From contig OZ244937.1 of assembly GCA_965222075.1 (NCBI GenBank), forward strand, positions 3,200,001 through 3,264,000: a stretch of 64,000 bases of DNA. The letters run 5' to 3'. This DNA is from Candidatus Latescibacterota bacterium (lineage in GTDB: Bacteria > Latescibacterota > UBA2968 > GCA-2709665). The translations under genes were made by a program, and so were the position numbers. Under the pieces are notes generated by a model, which saw nothing but the letters and a program-made list of their open reading frames with translations, made no database searches and was not told the DNA's origin. The stretch's first letter is position 1. Every line of letters begins with the position of its first letter. Shown in pieces: positions 1-10,157 of the stretch.

Positions 1-282
1 CGAAAGGATTTTCGGGGCTTGATCCATTTTGGCGGTGTCGAATCCCTCACCCGCTATGAGATGGTGCAGCAGATTTGTGCCTATTTCGGCCTGGATGTCC
101 ATCTGGTGGCGCCTGTGGCCTCTGCGGAACTGGGGCAGATGGCCCGGCGCCCCTTACGGGCAGGCCTCAAGATGGATCGGGCATGGGAGGTTTTCGACGG
201 GCGGGTTGGGTCCTTCGGCGAGAATCTCCGGCGGTTGGCCGCTTCGATTGGGGACCCCGCCGCCCTCCCCTCACAGGCGTGA
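1..282 (+). CDS. C-terminal part of dTDP-4-dehydrorhamnose reductase-like SDR (5' end outside window)
   Basis: IHFGG..S.TRYE and ARRP.RAGL resemble the RmlD substrate-binding C-terminus. Confidence 0.65.
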   Translation, partial: RKDFRGLIHFGGVESLTRYEMVQQICAYFGLDVHLVAPVASAELGQMARRPLRAGLKMDRAWEVFDGRVGSFGENLRRLAASIGDPAALPSQA

Positions 283-312
283 AGGCCCCCGTGCCGGACA
301 TGCGATTTCTCC

Positions 313-341
313 TTGACATCTCGTCTGGCTGAGGTTATGTT
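313..341 (+). promoter_or_regulatory. sigma-70 promoter for the S41 protease
   Basis: TTGACA-17 bp-TATGTT. Confidence 0.55.
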
Positions 342-386
342 AGCTTGGCTTTTCGCTCTGTTTTGAAACCCCTTCCGAGGTCTGTT

Positions 387-2042
387 ATGCCGTCGATTCG
401 TCTCCATTTGATCCTTCCGGTGGTGATCGGCCTCTGTACAGCCTGGTGGCCAAACCCAGGCCGTGCGGAGAGCGGCAGAAAGCCGAACATCTCAATACAG
501 GCCCATACCCTCGTAGAGTTGGGCAATCTGGTCCGAAGGCACTACTACCAGGAGACCGACCCGGTGGAACTCTACCATGGGGCCATTGAGGGATACCTCT
601 CCAGACTGGACCCCCACTCGACGTACATCTCTCCCAAAGAACTTCGGGATACGCAGGAAAAGCTGACGGGCTCTTTTGAAGGCATTGGCATCCATTTCGA
701 TATTATTGGCAATTACTTGACGGTCCTGTCGCCCATCGAAGATGCCCCTGCCGACCGGGTGGGGTTGCTCGCCGGGGATCGGATTGTCAAAATCGACGGC
801 CGTTCTGCGGTGGGCATCAAGAAGGTGTCTGAAGTCACCCGGAGGTTAAAGGGCCCCAAGGGGAGTCGGGTGCGTGTTTCTGTTCAGCGTGAAGGCCAGG
901 ATGACCTCCTTGAATTCGAGATTGTTCGGGACAAAATTGAAGTGCCGAGTGTTCCCTACGAATTTAAGGTTGCGCCCGATATCGGATATGTGAAAATCGA
1001 CCGATTTTCCAGCCATACGGCAACAGAACTGAGAACGGCCTTAGAGCGGCTGAAGAAAGAGCGGATCAGGAAGCTGATCCTCGACCTGCGCGGAAACGGG
1101 GGCGGTTATCTTGAGCAGGCCGTGACGGTGGCGGACCAGTTTATCGAAAAGGACCGGCTGCTGGTTTACACTAAGGGACGCCATACAGATTCGCGAGAAA
1201 ATCACTATACGCAACACAATCCGGTGGTTTCACCCGATATGCCGCTGATGGTCCTGGTGGATAGCTACAGTGCAAGCGCTTCAGAAATTGTCGCTGGGGC
1301 CGTTCAGGATTACGACCGTGGCCTTATTGTGGGTCATACAACATTTGGCAAAGGGCTTGTGCAGAAGCAGTTTCCGCTCAAGAACGGCGGCGCTGTATTG
1401 CTCACCATTGCCCGCTACTTTACCCCCAGCGACCGTCCCATTCAGCGGCCTTTTTTGCAGGACCGGGACGCTTATGTAGATGCGGCGCACGATGATTACG
1501 ACCCCAATGCCGATCCCGACAGCATTGCCACCAAACCGGTTTATTATACCCAGATCCTCCATCGGAAGGTCTACGGCAGCGGCGGGGTAACGCCCGATGT
1601 GGAGTTGAAGCGCGACAGTCTAAATGCCTCTGAACGGCGATTGACCTGGAGCCATTTCTTTGAATTTGCGCATCGGCATGCGGCCGAGATTACCCGGGAC
1701 TACCCCGAATTTGACACTTTCTTCAAACGGTATCAGCCCGACAGGCGCATGCTCTCGGCGTTCAAGCAATTCCTGAGGGATCGAAGGGTTCGATTTACAG
1801 ACCGGGACTTCAAGGGCAGTGTTGGTTTTATTAAGCGAGAGATTCGTCGGCGGGTTGCCCAGATTCGGTGGGGAAGACGGGCTGCGGAGAGGGTTCGCAT
1901 CAGTCAGGATACAGAGGTGATCCAGGCCCTGGCCCTGTTCGATCAAGCAGAGGCGCTGCTGGCCAGCCGAACCTACCACTACAATCGGGGGCGGACCCAT
2001 GTCCCTGCTCCTGCCGCGCCCAGGCAGGGGCAGATCCGGTAG
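387..2042 (+). CDS. ctpA: S41 carboxyl-terminal processing protease (PDZ + peptidase S41)
   Basis: Signal peptide, LDPHS, GIGI (PDZ), DLRGNGGG, SASASEIVAGA, TFGKG; ATG 387 chosen because it lies downstream of the promoter. Confidence 0.93.
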   Translation: MPSIRLHLILPVVIGLCTAWWPNPGRAESGRKPNISIQAHTLVELGNLVRRHYYQETDPVELYHGAIEGYLSRLDPHSTYISPKELRDTQEKLTGSFEGIGIHFDIIGNYLTVLSPIEDAPADRVGLLAGDRIVKIDGRSAVGIKKVSEVTRRLKGPKGSRVRVSVQREGQDDLLEFEIVRDKIEVPSVPYEFKVAPDIGYVKIDRFSSHTATELRTALERLKKERIRKLILDLRGNGGGYLEQAVTVADQFIEKDRLLVYTKGRHTDSRENHYTQHNPVVSPDMPLMVLVDSYSASASEIVAGAVQDYDRGLIVGHTTFGKGLVQKQFPLKNGGAVLLTIARYFTPSDRPIQRPFLQDRDAYVDAAHDDYDPNADPDSIATKPVYYTQILHRKVYGSGGVTPDVELKRDSLNASERRLTWSHFFEFAHRHAAEITRDYPEFDTFFKRYQPDRRMLSAFKQFLRDRRVRFTDRDFKGSVGFIKREIRRRVAQIRWGRRAAERVRISQDTEVIQALALFDQAEALLASRTYHYNRGRTHVPAPAAPRQGQIR

Positions 2043-2101
2043 ACAAAGCCAGTTTCACGTTTCAAATTCCGGGTTCGAAACGGTGTTTTCAGGAGGAATT
2101 C

Positions 2102-2794
2102 ATGGCAAAACATCATCCACGATCGTCGGTACGGAAGGAGATGGGCACCCAGGTTAATCTGCCCCTTTCCAAGGCCGTAGAGATCAGTTTCAACAGCGTC
2201 AAGATCCGGTTCGGGCGGTCGCTGATTACGGTCAGCGGTATTGTCTTAGCCATTGCCTTTTTGATGTCTATCTGGACCAACAACACCATTATCGACAGCC
2301 TCAAGGCTGCACACAATCCGAAGATGAACCTGAAGCTGCAACAGAAAGGGATCGACATCGATCCGGACAGCGCAGCCGCCCGCCAGGAACGGTCCAAGAA
2401 TACTTGGCTTGTGGTGCTGTCGCTGCTGGTCTGTCTGGTGGGTATCACAAACGCCATGTTGATGTCGGTCACCGAGCGTTTTCGGGAGATCGGCACGATG
2501 AAATGTATGGGCGCTCTGGATGGGTTTATTATTAAGCTTTTCCTCTTGGAGTCATCTTTTATGGGTACGGCCGGTACGATCATCGGGGCCGTACTCGGGT
2601 TTGCGCTGGCCCTTTTGCTTTCGTGGGCCAGCTATGGAGCCGAATTCTTCGACTATGTGACCTGGAGTACGATTTTCTGGTACGGTCTTCTGGCTGTGGG
2701 GGTTGGCTCTTTTCTTTCCCTGATGGGCGGTATTCTGCCGGCCTATCGGGCGGCCAAGATGGAGCCGGTGGACGCGATGCGGCTGGAGGTTTGA
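2102..2794 (+). CDS. ABC transporter permease, FtsX/MacB-like
   Basis: NAMLMSVTERFREIGTMKCMGA and PAYRAAKMEPVDAMR; AGGAGG RBS before ATG 2102. Confidence 0.9.
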   Translation: MAKHHPRSSVRKEMGTQVNLPLSKAVEISFNSVKIRFGRSLITVSGIVLAIAFLMSIWTNNTIIDSLKAAHNPKMNLKLQQKGIDIDPDSAAARQERSKNTWLVVLSLLVCLVGITNAMLMSVTERFREIGTMKCMGALDGFIIKLFLLESSFMGTAGTIIGAVLGFALALLLSWASYGAEFFDYVTWSTIFWYGLLAVGVGSFLSLMGGILPAYRAAKMEPVDAMRLEV

Positions 2795-2884
2795 TGTCGT
2801 TTTGAGTTGCGGGTTGTGAGTCCCCCTGCCCTTTCCTTATTTGTTGCTTACGACCCGTTACTCGTTACTTTTCCGGAGGGACCT

Positions 2885-3613
2885 ATGGCGGTTGTGAGAA
2901 CACAGGATGTTAAGAAGGTTTATGAGATGGGGGATGTGACGGTTGATGCGCTCAAAGGGGTCGACTTGGAGGTTGAACAGGGCGAGTACCTCTCGATTAT
3001 GGGGCCTTCCGGATCGGGAAAGAGCACGCTGTTCAACATGGTGGGAGGGCTGGACAAGCCGACCAGCGGGAAGGTCTACATCGACGATGTGGACGTGGCG
3101 CAGCTTGACGCCTACGAGCTGGCCTGGCTGCGCTGCCGGAAGATCGGATATATTTTCCAGACCTTCAACCTGATTCCGGTGATGACCGCACTGGAGAATG
3201 TGACCCTGCCTATGGTTTTTGCCGGGCTGACGAGCGATGAGGCCCGGGATAAGGGCGTGCACCTCCTGGAGCGGGTCGGGCTGGGCGATCGGGTTTCCCA
3301 CAAGCCCTACGAGCTTTCCGGCGGGCAGCAGCAGCGTGTGGCCGTGGCCCGGGCGATGGCCAACGATCCGGCCCTGATCTTGGCCGACGAGCCGACGGGC
3401 AACCTGGACCTGAATACCGGGACCGAGATTATCGACCTGCTCCGGGAGATGAACAAGGAGTCGGGCGTAACGGTGATCTCGGCGACGCACGACCACAAGA
3501 TGCTGAGCGTGTCCGACCGGGTGATCTGGATTCGAGACGGACGCGTGGACCAGATTATGAACCGCGAGGACCTCAAGATCGAGGTGGGCACCATCGACGG
3601 CAAAGCCCCTTAA
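2885..3613 (+). CDS. ABC transporter ATP-binding protein (LolD/MacB-like)
   Basis: GPSGSGKS, LSGGQQQRV, ILADEPTGNLD. Confidence 0.95.
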   Translation: MAVVRTQDVKKVYEMGDVTVDALKGVDLEVEQGEYLSIMGPSGSGKSTLFNMVGGLDKPTSGKVYIDDVDVAQLDAYELAWLRCRKIGYIFQTFNLIPVMTALENVTLPMVFAGLTSDEARDKGVHLLERVGLGDRVSHKPYELSGGQQQRVAVARAMANDPALILADEPTGNLDLNTGTEIIDLLREMNKESGVTVISATHDHKMLSVSDRVIWIRDGRVDQIMNREDLKIEVGTIDGKAP

Positions 3614-3766
3614 AAGGCTTGATACGGGCGTTCCGGTGTCAACGATTTACCCTGATTTTTTATCATATCGCTGTCTTGGAACTGCCCCTGGGAAGAGCAG
3701 GAAGGGTAGCATAGATCCTTCTTTTATATGTGGTTTCGGGCTTGAAAAATAAGCGTTGATAACGAC

Positions 3767-3800
3767 AAAAGGCCCTGGAGGATGCCTCCGGGGCCTCTTT
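3767..3800 (+). terminator. Intrinsic terminator-like hairpin
   Basis: GGCCCTGGAGG-atg-CCTCCGGGGCC flanked by A and T runs. Confidence 0.6.
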
Positions 3801-3906
3801 CTGTTTTCAGCCGAACAAATGGGAAAAGAGCGAGCTCGAGGTCGACCCGGACGGATGGGTCGTGCGGGATTGAACAGCAAATACAAAGCTTACAGGAGAA
3901 AACGCA

Positions 3907-5580
3907 ATGCCTGAGATGACCGGAGCTCGATTTCTTGCTGAAACTGTCCACGGTTTCGGAGTTACCCACGTCTTTTATATGCCCTACATCGCCCCCAGGG
4001 CATTGATGGAAATGGAAAAGCTGGGGATTAAGCGCATTCAGACCCACGGAGAAAAAGCGGCCGCGTATATGGCCGATGCCTACGCCCGGGTGAACCGCAG
4101 CCCCAGCATCTGCATGGCCCAATCGGTGGGTGCGATCAATCTCGCCGCCGGGTTACAGGACGCCTATCTGGCCTGCTCTCCGGTGATTGCCCTGACTGGA
4201 CGGGAGAACCAGATTAACCAACAGCGCCACGCTTATCAGGAAGTCGATCACGTTGACCCTTTCTCGGCAGTCACCAAATATAGCGCGTTTATCGCCACGC
4301 CGGAACAACTTCCCATCTATTTGCGTCAAGCCTTCCGCGCGGCGACGTCGAGCACGCCCGGACCGGTACATCTGGATTTAGAAGGTCTCGCCGGGCAGAT
4401 GGTTGTAGACCATGAGGCAGATCTGGAAGTCATCATCGAAGAGACCTTTGCCCAGATGCCGCCCTTCCGACCGGAAGCGGAGCTAGAAAAAGTGGCGGAA
4501 GCACTCCAGCTGCTCACCAATGCCAAGCGGCCCACCATCGTGGCTGGCGGCGGCGTGACCGCTTCGGGGGCGAGAACCGAACTCGTGGCCCTGGCAGAGA
4601 AGCTCTCCATCCCGGTCGCGACCTCTCTGAATGCCAAAGCCATGTTCCCCTGTGACCATCCGCTGGCGGTGGGCGTCCCCGGTTCATACTCGCGAGCCTG
4701 CGCCAACCAGGTCGTCTGCGAGGCAGATCTGGTCTTCTTCATCGGGAGTCACACCGGGGGACAGGTGACCAACGGATACCGCATCCCGCCGCAGGGAACG
4801 CCGATCATTCAGCTGGATATCAACCCGGATGAACTGGGCCGCAACTACCCAATTAAAGTGGGGCTGCAGGGCGACGTTAGAAACTCACTGCGCAGAATGA
4901 TTGCGCATGCAGAAACCGTCGAGCCACGTACTGAATGGATCAGCCGGGTGCAGGAGTTGGTTGGGACCTGGAAAAAGAGCGTTCGTGAGGTGGTCAACTC
5001 GCACATCACGCCAATGCGACCCGAACGCCTCTGCCGGGAACTGACCGACTACCTGCCCTCCGACGCGATTCTCGTCTCCGACACGGGGCATTCGGGCATC
5101 TGGACCGGCACGATGATCGACCTCAAACATCCCGACCAGATGTTCATTCGCTGCTCCGGCTCGTTGGGCTGGGGTCTACCTGCGGCCATGGGCGCCAAAT
5201 GTGCCCATCCTTCCAGGCCCGTGTTCTGCTTCACCGGCGATGGTGGCATCTGGTATCATATGACAGAGCTGGATACCGCCATGAAATATGGGATTCACAC
5301 GGTGACCCTGATCAACAACAATCACTCCCTGAACCAGGAACAGGGCGGCGTGGAGTCCGTCTATGGCGGGCGAACCCCCGGCTCCGATGAACTCTGGCTC
5401 TTCCCCGACGCCAACTTCGCCAGGATGGCCGAATCGATGGGGTGTTTCGGCATTACAGTCAATAAACCGAGCGAACTTGCCGGTGCGCTCGACCAGGCGG
5501 TTGCCGCGGGAAAACCGGCGGTTGTCGACGTCAAAACGCACATCGAAGGCATTGCGCCTAAAGCGTGGATTCCAGACTGA
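3907..5580 (+). CDS. Thiamine-diphosphate-dependent enzyme, acetolactate synthase large-subunit-like
   Basis: HGEKAAAYMADAYAR, GDGG...NN ThDP motif, three-domain length. Confidence 0.9.
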   Translation: MPEMTGARFLAETVHGFGVTHVFYMPYIAPRALMEMEKLGIKRIQTHGEKAAAYMADAYARVNRSPSICMAQSVGAINLAAGLQDAYLACSPVIALTGRENQINQQRHAYQEVDHVDPFSAVTKYSAFIATPEQLPIYLRQAFRAATSSTPGPVHLDLEGLAGQMVVDHEADLEVIIEETFAQMPPFRPEAELEKVAEALQLLTNAKRPTIVAGGGVTASGARTELVALAEKLSIPVATSLNAKAMFPCDHPLAVGVPGSYSRACANQVVCEADLVFFIGSHTGGQVTNGYRIPPQGTPIIQLDINPDELGRNYPIKVGLQGDVRNSLRRMIAHAETVEPRTEWISRVQELVGTWKKSVREVVNSHITPMRPERLCRELTDYLPSDAILVSDTGHSGIWTGTMIDLKHPDQMFIRCSGSLGWGLPAAMGAKCAHPSRPVFCFTGDGGIWYHMTELDTAMKYGIHTVTLINNNHSLNQEQGGVESVYGGRTPGSDELWLFPDANFARMAESMGCFGITVNKPSELAGALDQAVAAGKPAVVDVKTHIEGIAPKAWIPD

Positions 5581-5654
5581 GTCTTCAGTCTCGCTCCATT
5601 CACGGTCTGCAACGACAACAAGGACTTCAAAGAAGACTACGCAGGAGGAATCAC

Positions 5655-6599
5655 ATGAACCTGGCAGACATTAAAAAAGTAGGCGTTGTTGGCGGTGGAA
5701 CAATGGGTTTTGGTATCACCATAAACTTTGCGCTTAACGGATACCCCACCGTTATGAGTGACCTGAGCGATGAAATCCTGAAGCAGTCAATGAACCATGT
5801 GAAATCTGCCATGCGGCTCTTTGTCGAAGAGGAACTGATAACCCGGGAGCAAGCGGACGGCACAGTCAACAGGATAACCACGACCACCGATCTGGCAGAG
5901 GTCGCTGCCCATACTGATTTCATCACCGAGGCTGTTGTTGAGCGGTTAAAAGACAAGCAAGAAATCTTCAACAAACTGGATAAACTGTGCCCGCCACATA
6001 CCATCATCGTCAGCAACACTTCGGGGCTGGTGCTCAGCGATATAGGCGCCGATGTCAAGCGGCAGGACAAGATCGGGTTAACCCACTACTTTACGCCGCC
6101 GCACATCGTGCCCGGGGTTGAGGTGGCGAAAGGTCCCGGCACGTCAGACACAACCTACACCATCATCTACGACCTGATGAAAAAGATAAAGAAAGTGCCT
6201 ATCCGGGTGCTCAAAGAGTTGCCAGGATACCTGCTGAACCGGATACAGGGCGCCATGAGTCGAGAAGCCAATCGATTGTGGGCAGAAGGCGTGGCGACCG
6301 CCGAAGAGATCGAGCTTGGGGTCAAATCTACATTTGGTTTCCGTATGCCCCATGAAGGTCCGATGGGACACTATGACCTGTCTGGTGTCTGGAAATGGCA
6401 AGCCGATGCGCGGTCGTCTCTGCAAATCGGACAGGCAACCGAATCCCTCGACGAAGAAGTGGCCGAGAAAATCAGGGAGCGTATGACGGAAGGGAGACCG
6501 TGGTTTGTCGACCCGGAAAAGTTTGACAGGGCAATCAAAAAACGGGATCGAGAGTACATACGCCGTCTGAAAGCGCTATACAAGTCGGAAAACCGGTGA
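5655..6599 (+). CDS. 3-hydroxyacyl-CoA dehydrogenase family protein
   Basis: GGGTMG, EAVVE, SNTSG, THYF, PGYLLNRI; AGGAGG RBS. Confidence 0.9.
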   Translation: MNLADIKKVGVVGGGTMGFGITINFALNGYPTVMSDLSDEILKQSMNHVKSAMRLFVEEELITREQADGTVNRITTTTDLAEVAAHTDFITEAVVERLKDKQEIFNKLDKLCPPHTIIVSNTSGLVLSDIGADVKRQDKIGLTHYFTPPHIVPGVEVAKGPGTSDTTYTIIYDLMKKIKKVPIRVLKELPGYLLNRIQGAMSREANRLWAEGVATAEEIELGVKSTFGFRMPHEGPMGHYDLSGVWKWQADARSSLQIGQATESLDEEVAEKIRERMTEGRPWFVDPEKFDRAIKKRDREYIRRLKALYKSENR

Positions 6600-6613
6600 G
6601 AGAAAACCGCAAT

Positions 6614-6700
6614 GCCTTCGCTGCGGGGTTGAAGGGGCTTTTCCGCGCAGGTCCCCCCAGCACCATCGCCCAAAAACGCCCAAAAGGTCCGCAGGGCACC
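6614..6700. repeat. Dispersed structured repeat family A, partial copy
   Basis: Matches 8411-8498 (GCCTTCGCTGCGGGGTTGAAGGGGCTTTTCCGCGC...AAAGGTCCGCAGGGCA). Confidence 0.8.
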
Positions 6701-6898
6701 GGTACGATTGCCGTTAGCCTCCGCGAAACCGGTTTCGATGACAGAGGGTTTTTTTGGTAGGGGCGAGGGTGAAAAAGGCCTCGCCGAAGGCATGGGGACG
6801 GTGGGCGGGGAGGGATTGCGGATGACGGAAACCGCCCGAGACTGAGCGACAAGGCCCCCCCACCGGCGCGCCTGGGGGCTGACGCCCCTGGCTTGCCG

Positions 6899-6919
6899 AC
6901 TCCCCCTCAAGGGGGGAGT
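6899..6919. repeat. REP-like palindrome ACTCCCCCTCAAGGGGGGAGT
   Basis: Near-perfect inverted repeat in a repeat-rich convergent intergenic region. Confidence 0.55.
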
Positions 6920-6950
6920 GATGGGAGCCGCTTTGGCACGGACAGGATCG

Positions 6951-6984
6951 CCTGTCTATCTGCGTGCGAACACGCACAGGCAGG
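6951..6984. repeat. Small CCTG...CAGG palindromic element (reverse orientation)
   Basis: CCTGTCTATCTGCGTGCGAACACGCACAGGCAGG resembles the reverse complement of 8606-8641. Confidence 0.75.
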
Positions 6985-6997
6985 TATCCTGAAGTCA

Positions 6998-8275
6998 TCA
7001 AAACTCCGCAAGGCTCAAGCCGAGCCTGAGCGTGAATCCCCGTCTCAATTGCTCGCCTTCCACGAAACCGTCCGTCTTGTAGCCGATTTCGAGCGCAAGC
7101 TCCGGCGCTGGATTTCTCCGTGCAACCCGATAGCGGATCGTTCCCCACAGGCCCCCACCCCATCCCGATCTCCCGGTTCTCACATTTTGTCCACCGAGAA
7201 GAAGCGCGGGCTGATGCCACAGTTCAGCGCGTGGACTGAAGGTGATGTATTTCCTTGAAGCGAGATTGTCAACGGCGATTCCGAGTCCGCCGAATTGATG
7301 GAAGGCGGGAATCCCATATCGAAAGAACACGTTCATCACGCGCCCTGAGTGGATAATCAGGTTCTCAAAGATGACCTCGGAGCCAAACGGGCTCAATCCA
7401 AGGCGAAAGGACGGCAGATATCCAACCTGGCCGAACCGGACCATGGGGAGTTCGCACTCGTGCTCTCCGTGGTAGAGGTAAGGAACGAGATACGTATACA
7501 CCGCCCAAAACAGCGTGGGATTCAAGAGGTTGACCAGCAGCTGAGAGCTCAGGTCTTCCAGGGTTAATCTGTAAGGACTTCGGGAATGGTAGCCTTCGAG
7601 GGAATTGAGATTTCGCAGATAGTTGGTGATGTCATTTCCCGGCCTGGGACGGCCTGTGAACCTGGTTCGCAGGATGTACCAGCTCAGGTCCAACGATGAG
7701 AACAGATAGATGACGGTTTCCCGTGATTTCACGCGGCCGCGGTGAAGCCATTTGGATCGGACCGACTTCGACAGGATGGTGTTGGCTTCAGATCCTGCAA
7801 TCGTTGAGCTGATTCTTTCGTGCCAGGTCCCCCTTCTCTCCGGGTTGGGTGAGCCGTGGGCCCAACCGTTTCCTCTACCGTAGGGTGGGAACAGGCTGAG
7901 GTGATAGGAGATGTCCTGGTACCCAAACTCTCTGTAGCGGGCACCGTGTCCAAAGATTTCGTGTTGCGTTAAAACCGGCAAATGATCCATCACATTGTCA
8001 AGTAAGAAGGTCTTGCCCAAACGATAAAGCATCCCTGCTGACTTCCGGACTTTTGTCGTTTCATCGAACAGCCTGGATTTGAGGTACCGATCTTCCAGGG
8101 CGTAGACCGCGCGATGGATCGCGATCAGGTTCTCGGCGCCAATTGAGGGTGACCGCCACGCGTCAATCCCCACCATATATCTCACCTGTGCGATCGCCTC
8201 AGGCTGGTGACAGAAGATCGCGATGACAAGCATCCATGGAATTCTGAAAGCCTTCAAGCCTGGCAGGAGAAACAT
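6998..8275 (-). CDS. Hypothetical exported/outer-membrane protein with HEIFGH motif
   Basis: Signal-peptide-like N-terminus, HExxGH, amphipathic C-terminal strands ending in Phe. Confidence 0.65.
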   Translation of the reverse strand: MFLLPGLKAFRIPWMLVIAIFCHQPEAIAQVRYMVGIDAWRSPSIGAENLIAIHRAVYALEDRYLKSRLFDETTKVRKSAGMLYRLGKTFLLDNVMDHLPVLTQHEIFGHGARYREFGYQDISYHLSLFPPYGRGNGWAHGSPNPERRGTWHERISSTIAGSEANTILSKSVRSKWLHRGRVKSRETVIYLFSSLDLSWYILRTRFTGRPRPGNDITNYLRNLNSLEGYHSRSPYRLTLEDLSSQLLVNLLNPTLFWAVYTYLVPYLYHGEHECELPMVRFGQVGYLPSFRLGLSPFGSEVIFENLIIHSGRVMNVFFRYGIPAFHQFGGLGIAVDNLASRKYITFSPRAELWHQPALLLGGQNVRTGRSGWGGGLWGTIRYRVARRNPAPELALEIGYKTDGFVEGEQLRRGFTLRLGLSLAEF

Positions 8276-8335
8276 TTTATTGCCGTCCACGAAGGGATGA
8301 TTGTTGGCCAGGTTCTCCATGAGGGCGACTGCTTC
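8276..8335 (-). pseudogene. Doc/Fic toxin active-site remnant
   Basis: EAVALMENLANNHPFVDGNK matches the Fic motif HPFxDGNKR, cut just before R. Confidence 0.7.
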
Positions 8336-8404
8336 GGGGTGACAGTCAGAAACCGTCTAAAAATTCCGGGTTCGGGGATCAAAGCGCCCTCTCACGCGTC
8401 TCGC

Positions 8405-8770
8405 CTCCCCCGCCTTCGCTGCGGGGTTGAAGGGGCTTTTCCGCGCGGTTCCGTCCAGCACCATCGTCCAGCAACGCCTCAAAGGTCCGCAGGGCAGACC
8501 TGCCTGTGCCGCTTGCCTGCGCGTTGCGCGCAAGCAGGTGCCCGGCACGGCAGACAGGAGCTTCCGCTTCCACCACAGGGGCAATTCGCGGAAAAGCAGC
8601 CCCCGCCTGCCTGTGCGTGCTCTCTCACGCACGCAGACAGGCGGCGTCTGAGCGGCCTGCCTGTGCGCCTGCCTGTGCCGTTGGCACGGCAGACAGGTCG
8701 CACGCAGACAGGCAGGCAGGCGCCCTTCTTTTTCGGCCTTTTTCTTGGGCGAACAAGAAAAAGGCCATAA
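8405..8770. repeat. Repeat family A copy carrying three CCTG...CAGG insertions
   Basis: Collinear with 38885-39085 once 8499-8558, 8606-8641 and 8656-8720 are removed. Confidence 0.85.
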
Positions 8771-8889
8771 GCAAAACGTTGCAGATGAACCCTCACACGT
8801 GTCGGATTTCTTCTTTTCTATGTTTTGTCGTATATTATACCCCGACTGCGTAGTCAGGCACATAAGTCCCTTAAAACGAAACAACGCCC

Positions 8890-10134
8890 ATGACCCCCCT
8901 AAAGAGATTGGATATCGGCTGGCGCGACCTGCTCTTTGGCATGGCCCAATGCCTGGCGGTCGACAAGCGCGCAGAAATCCACGCGGCCTGCCAGGAGAGC
9001 ACGGCTGCACCCGATCAGGGCCTGTTTTTCCTCTCGGTCCGCAGCGGCTTTGACGCCTATCTACAGGCCGCCCAATTCCCCCCGGGGTCGCACATTCTGG
9101 TGTCCGCCATCACCATTCCCGACATGCTCGAAATAATCCGGGCCCACGATCTGGTCCCGGTGCCGGTCGATCTGGACCCGCTGACTCTGCAGCCCGATCC
9201 GGACAGCCTGGAAGGGGGACTCACCGACAAGACCGTCGCCCTGTTGGCGACCCATCTCTTCGGCGCCCGCATACCTGTGGACCCCCTGGTGCGCTTCGCC
9301 CGCCGCAACGGCCTGGTACTGTTGGAAGACTGTGCCCAGGCCTATTGGGGCGACGGCTTTACCGGCCATCCAGCCAGCCAGGTGCGTATGTTCAGTTTCG
9401 GTCCCATCAAGCACAATACCGCACTGGGGGGCGGCCTGCTCTTTGTCCGCGATGCCCTCCTGCGAGAAAAGGTACGGAGGCTCCAGCAAGGGTATCCCGT
9501 ACAGAGCAGGAGGCAGTTTTTCAAGCGCCTGGCCAAATACGGCATTGTTGTCCTGCTCAACAAACCGGGGCCCTATACGGTCCTGTGCGTCCTGTGCCGG
9601 CTGATGGGCAAGTCACACGATATTGTGTGCTACGGCGCCACGCGCAGTTTTATGGGGGGGGGACTGCTTGAGAAACTTCGCCAGCAGCCCTGCCAGGCCT
9701 TGTTGTCGTTGTTGTCGAGGCGCCTGCGCTCGGACGCCCTGGCGAGGACAGAGTGCCGGCAACGGGCGGCGGCGGCTTTTCGCTGCCACGCTCCGGACCT
9801 TTGCTGCCCGGGCCACGGGCCGCAGCACTCCCACTGGCTCTTCGCCGTCCGGGTCGGCAATGCCGAGGGCTTGTGCCAGCAACTCCGGGCTGCCGGCTTC
9901 GACGCCCATTTGTGGCCGCCGTCGCTGTGCGTTGTCCCACCCGACCGGGATCTCCACGACCAGGTGCCCACCGAGGTCTTGGCCCTGCAGCGGCAAATGC
10001 TGTTCCTGCCGGTGTATGCTGAAATGGGACAGGCTCGTCTGGATCTGTTGAGCCTCCTCGTGCGCCAATGGGCACGCTCCGGTGACGGCCGGCTATGTTC
10101 CTCTCACCTTCTCAAGTCTCCATCCGGGTTATGA
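8890..10134 (+). CDS. DegT/DnrJ/EryC1/StrS family PLP-dependent aminotransferase
   Basis: THLFG, EDCAQA, FSFGPIKHNTALGGG (PLP Lys). Confidence 0.85.
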   Translation: MTPLKRLDIGWRDLLFGMAQCLAVDKRAEIHAACQESTAAPDQGLFFLSVRSGFDAYLQAAQFPPGSHILVSAITIPDMLEIIRAHDLVPVPVDLDPLTLQPDPDSLEGGLTDKTVALLATHLFGARIPVDPLVRFARRNGLVLLEDCAQAYWGDGFTGHPASQVRMFSFGPIKHNTALGGGLLFVRDALLREKVRRLQQGYPVQSRRQFFKRLAKYGIVVLLNKPGPYTVLCVLCRLMGKSHDIVCYGATRSFMGGGLLEKLRQQPCQALLSLLSRRLRSDALARTECRQRAAAAFRCHAPDLCCPGHGPQHSHWLFAVRVGNAEGLCQQLRAAGFDAHLWPPSLCVVPPDRDLHDQVPTEVLALQRQMLFLPVYAEMGQARLDLLSLLVRQWARSGDGRLCSSHLLKSPSGL

Positions 10135-10157
10135 CGGGTTTTGGTTCGGTCTTTCCG

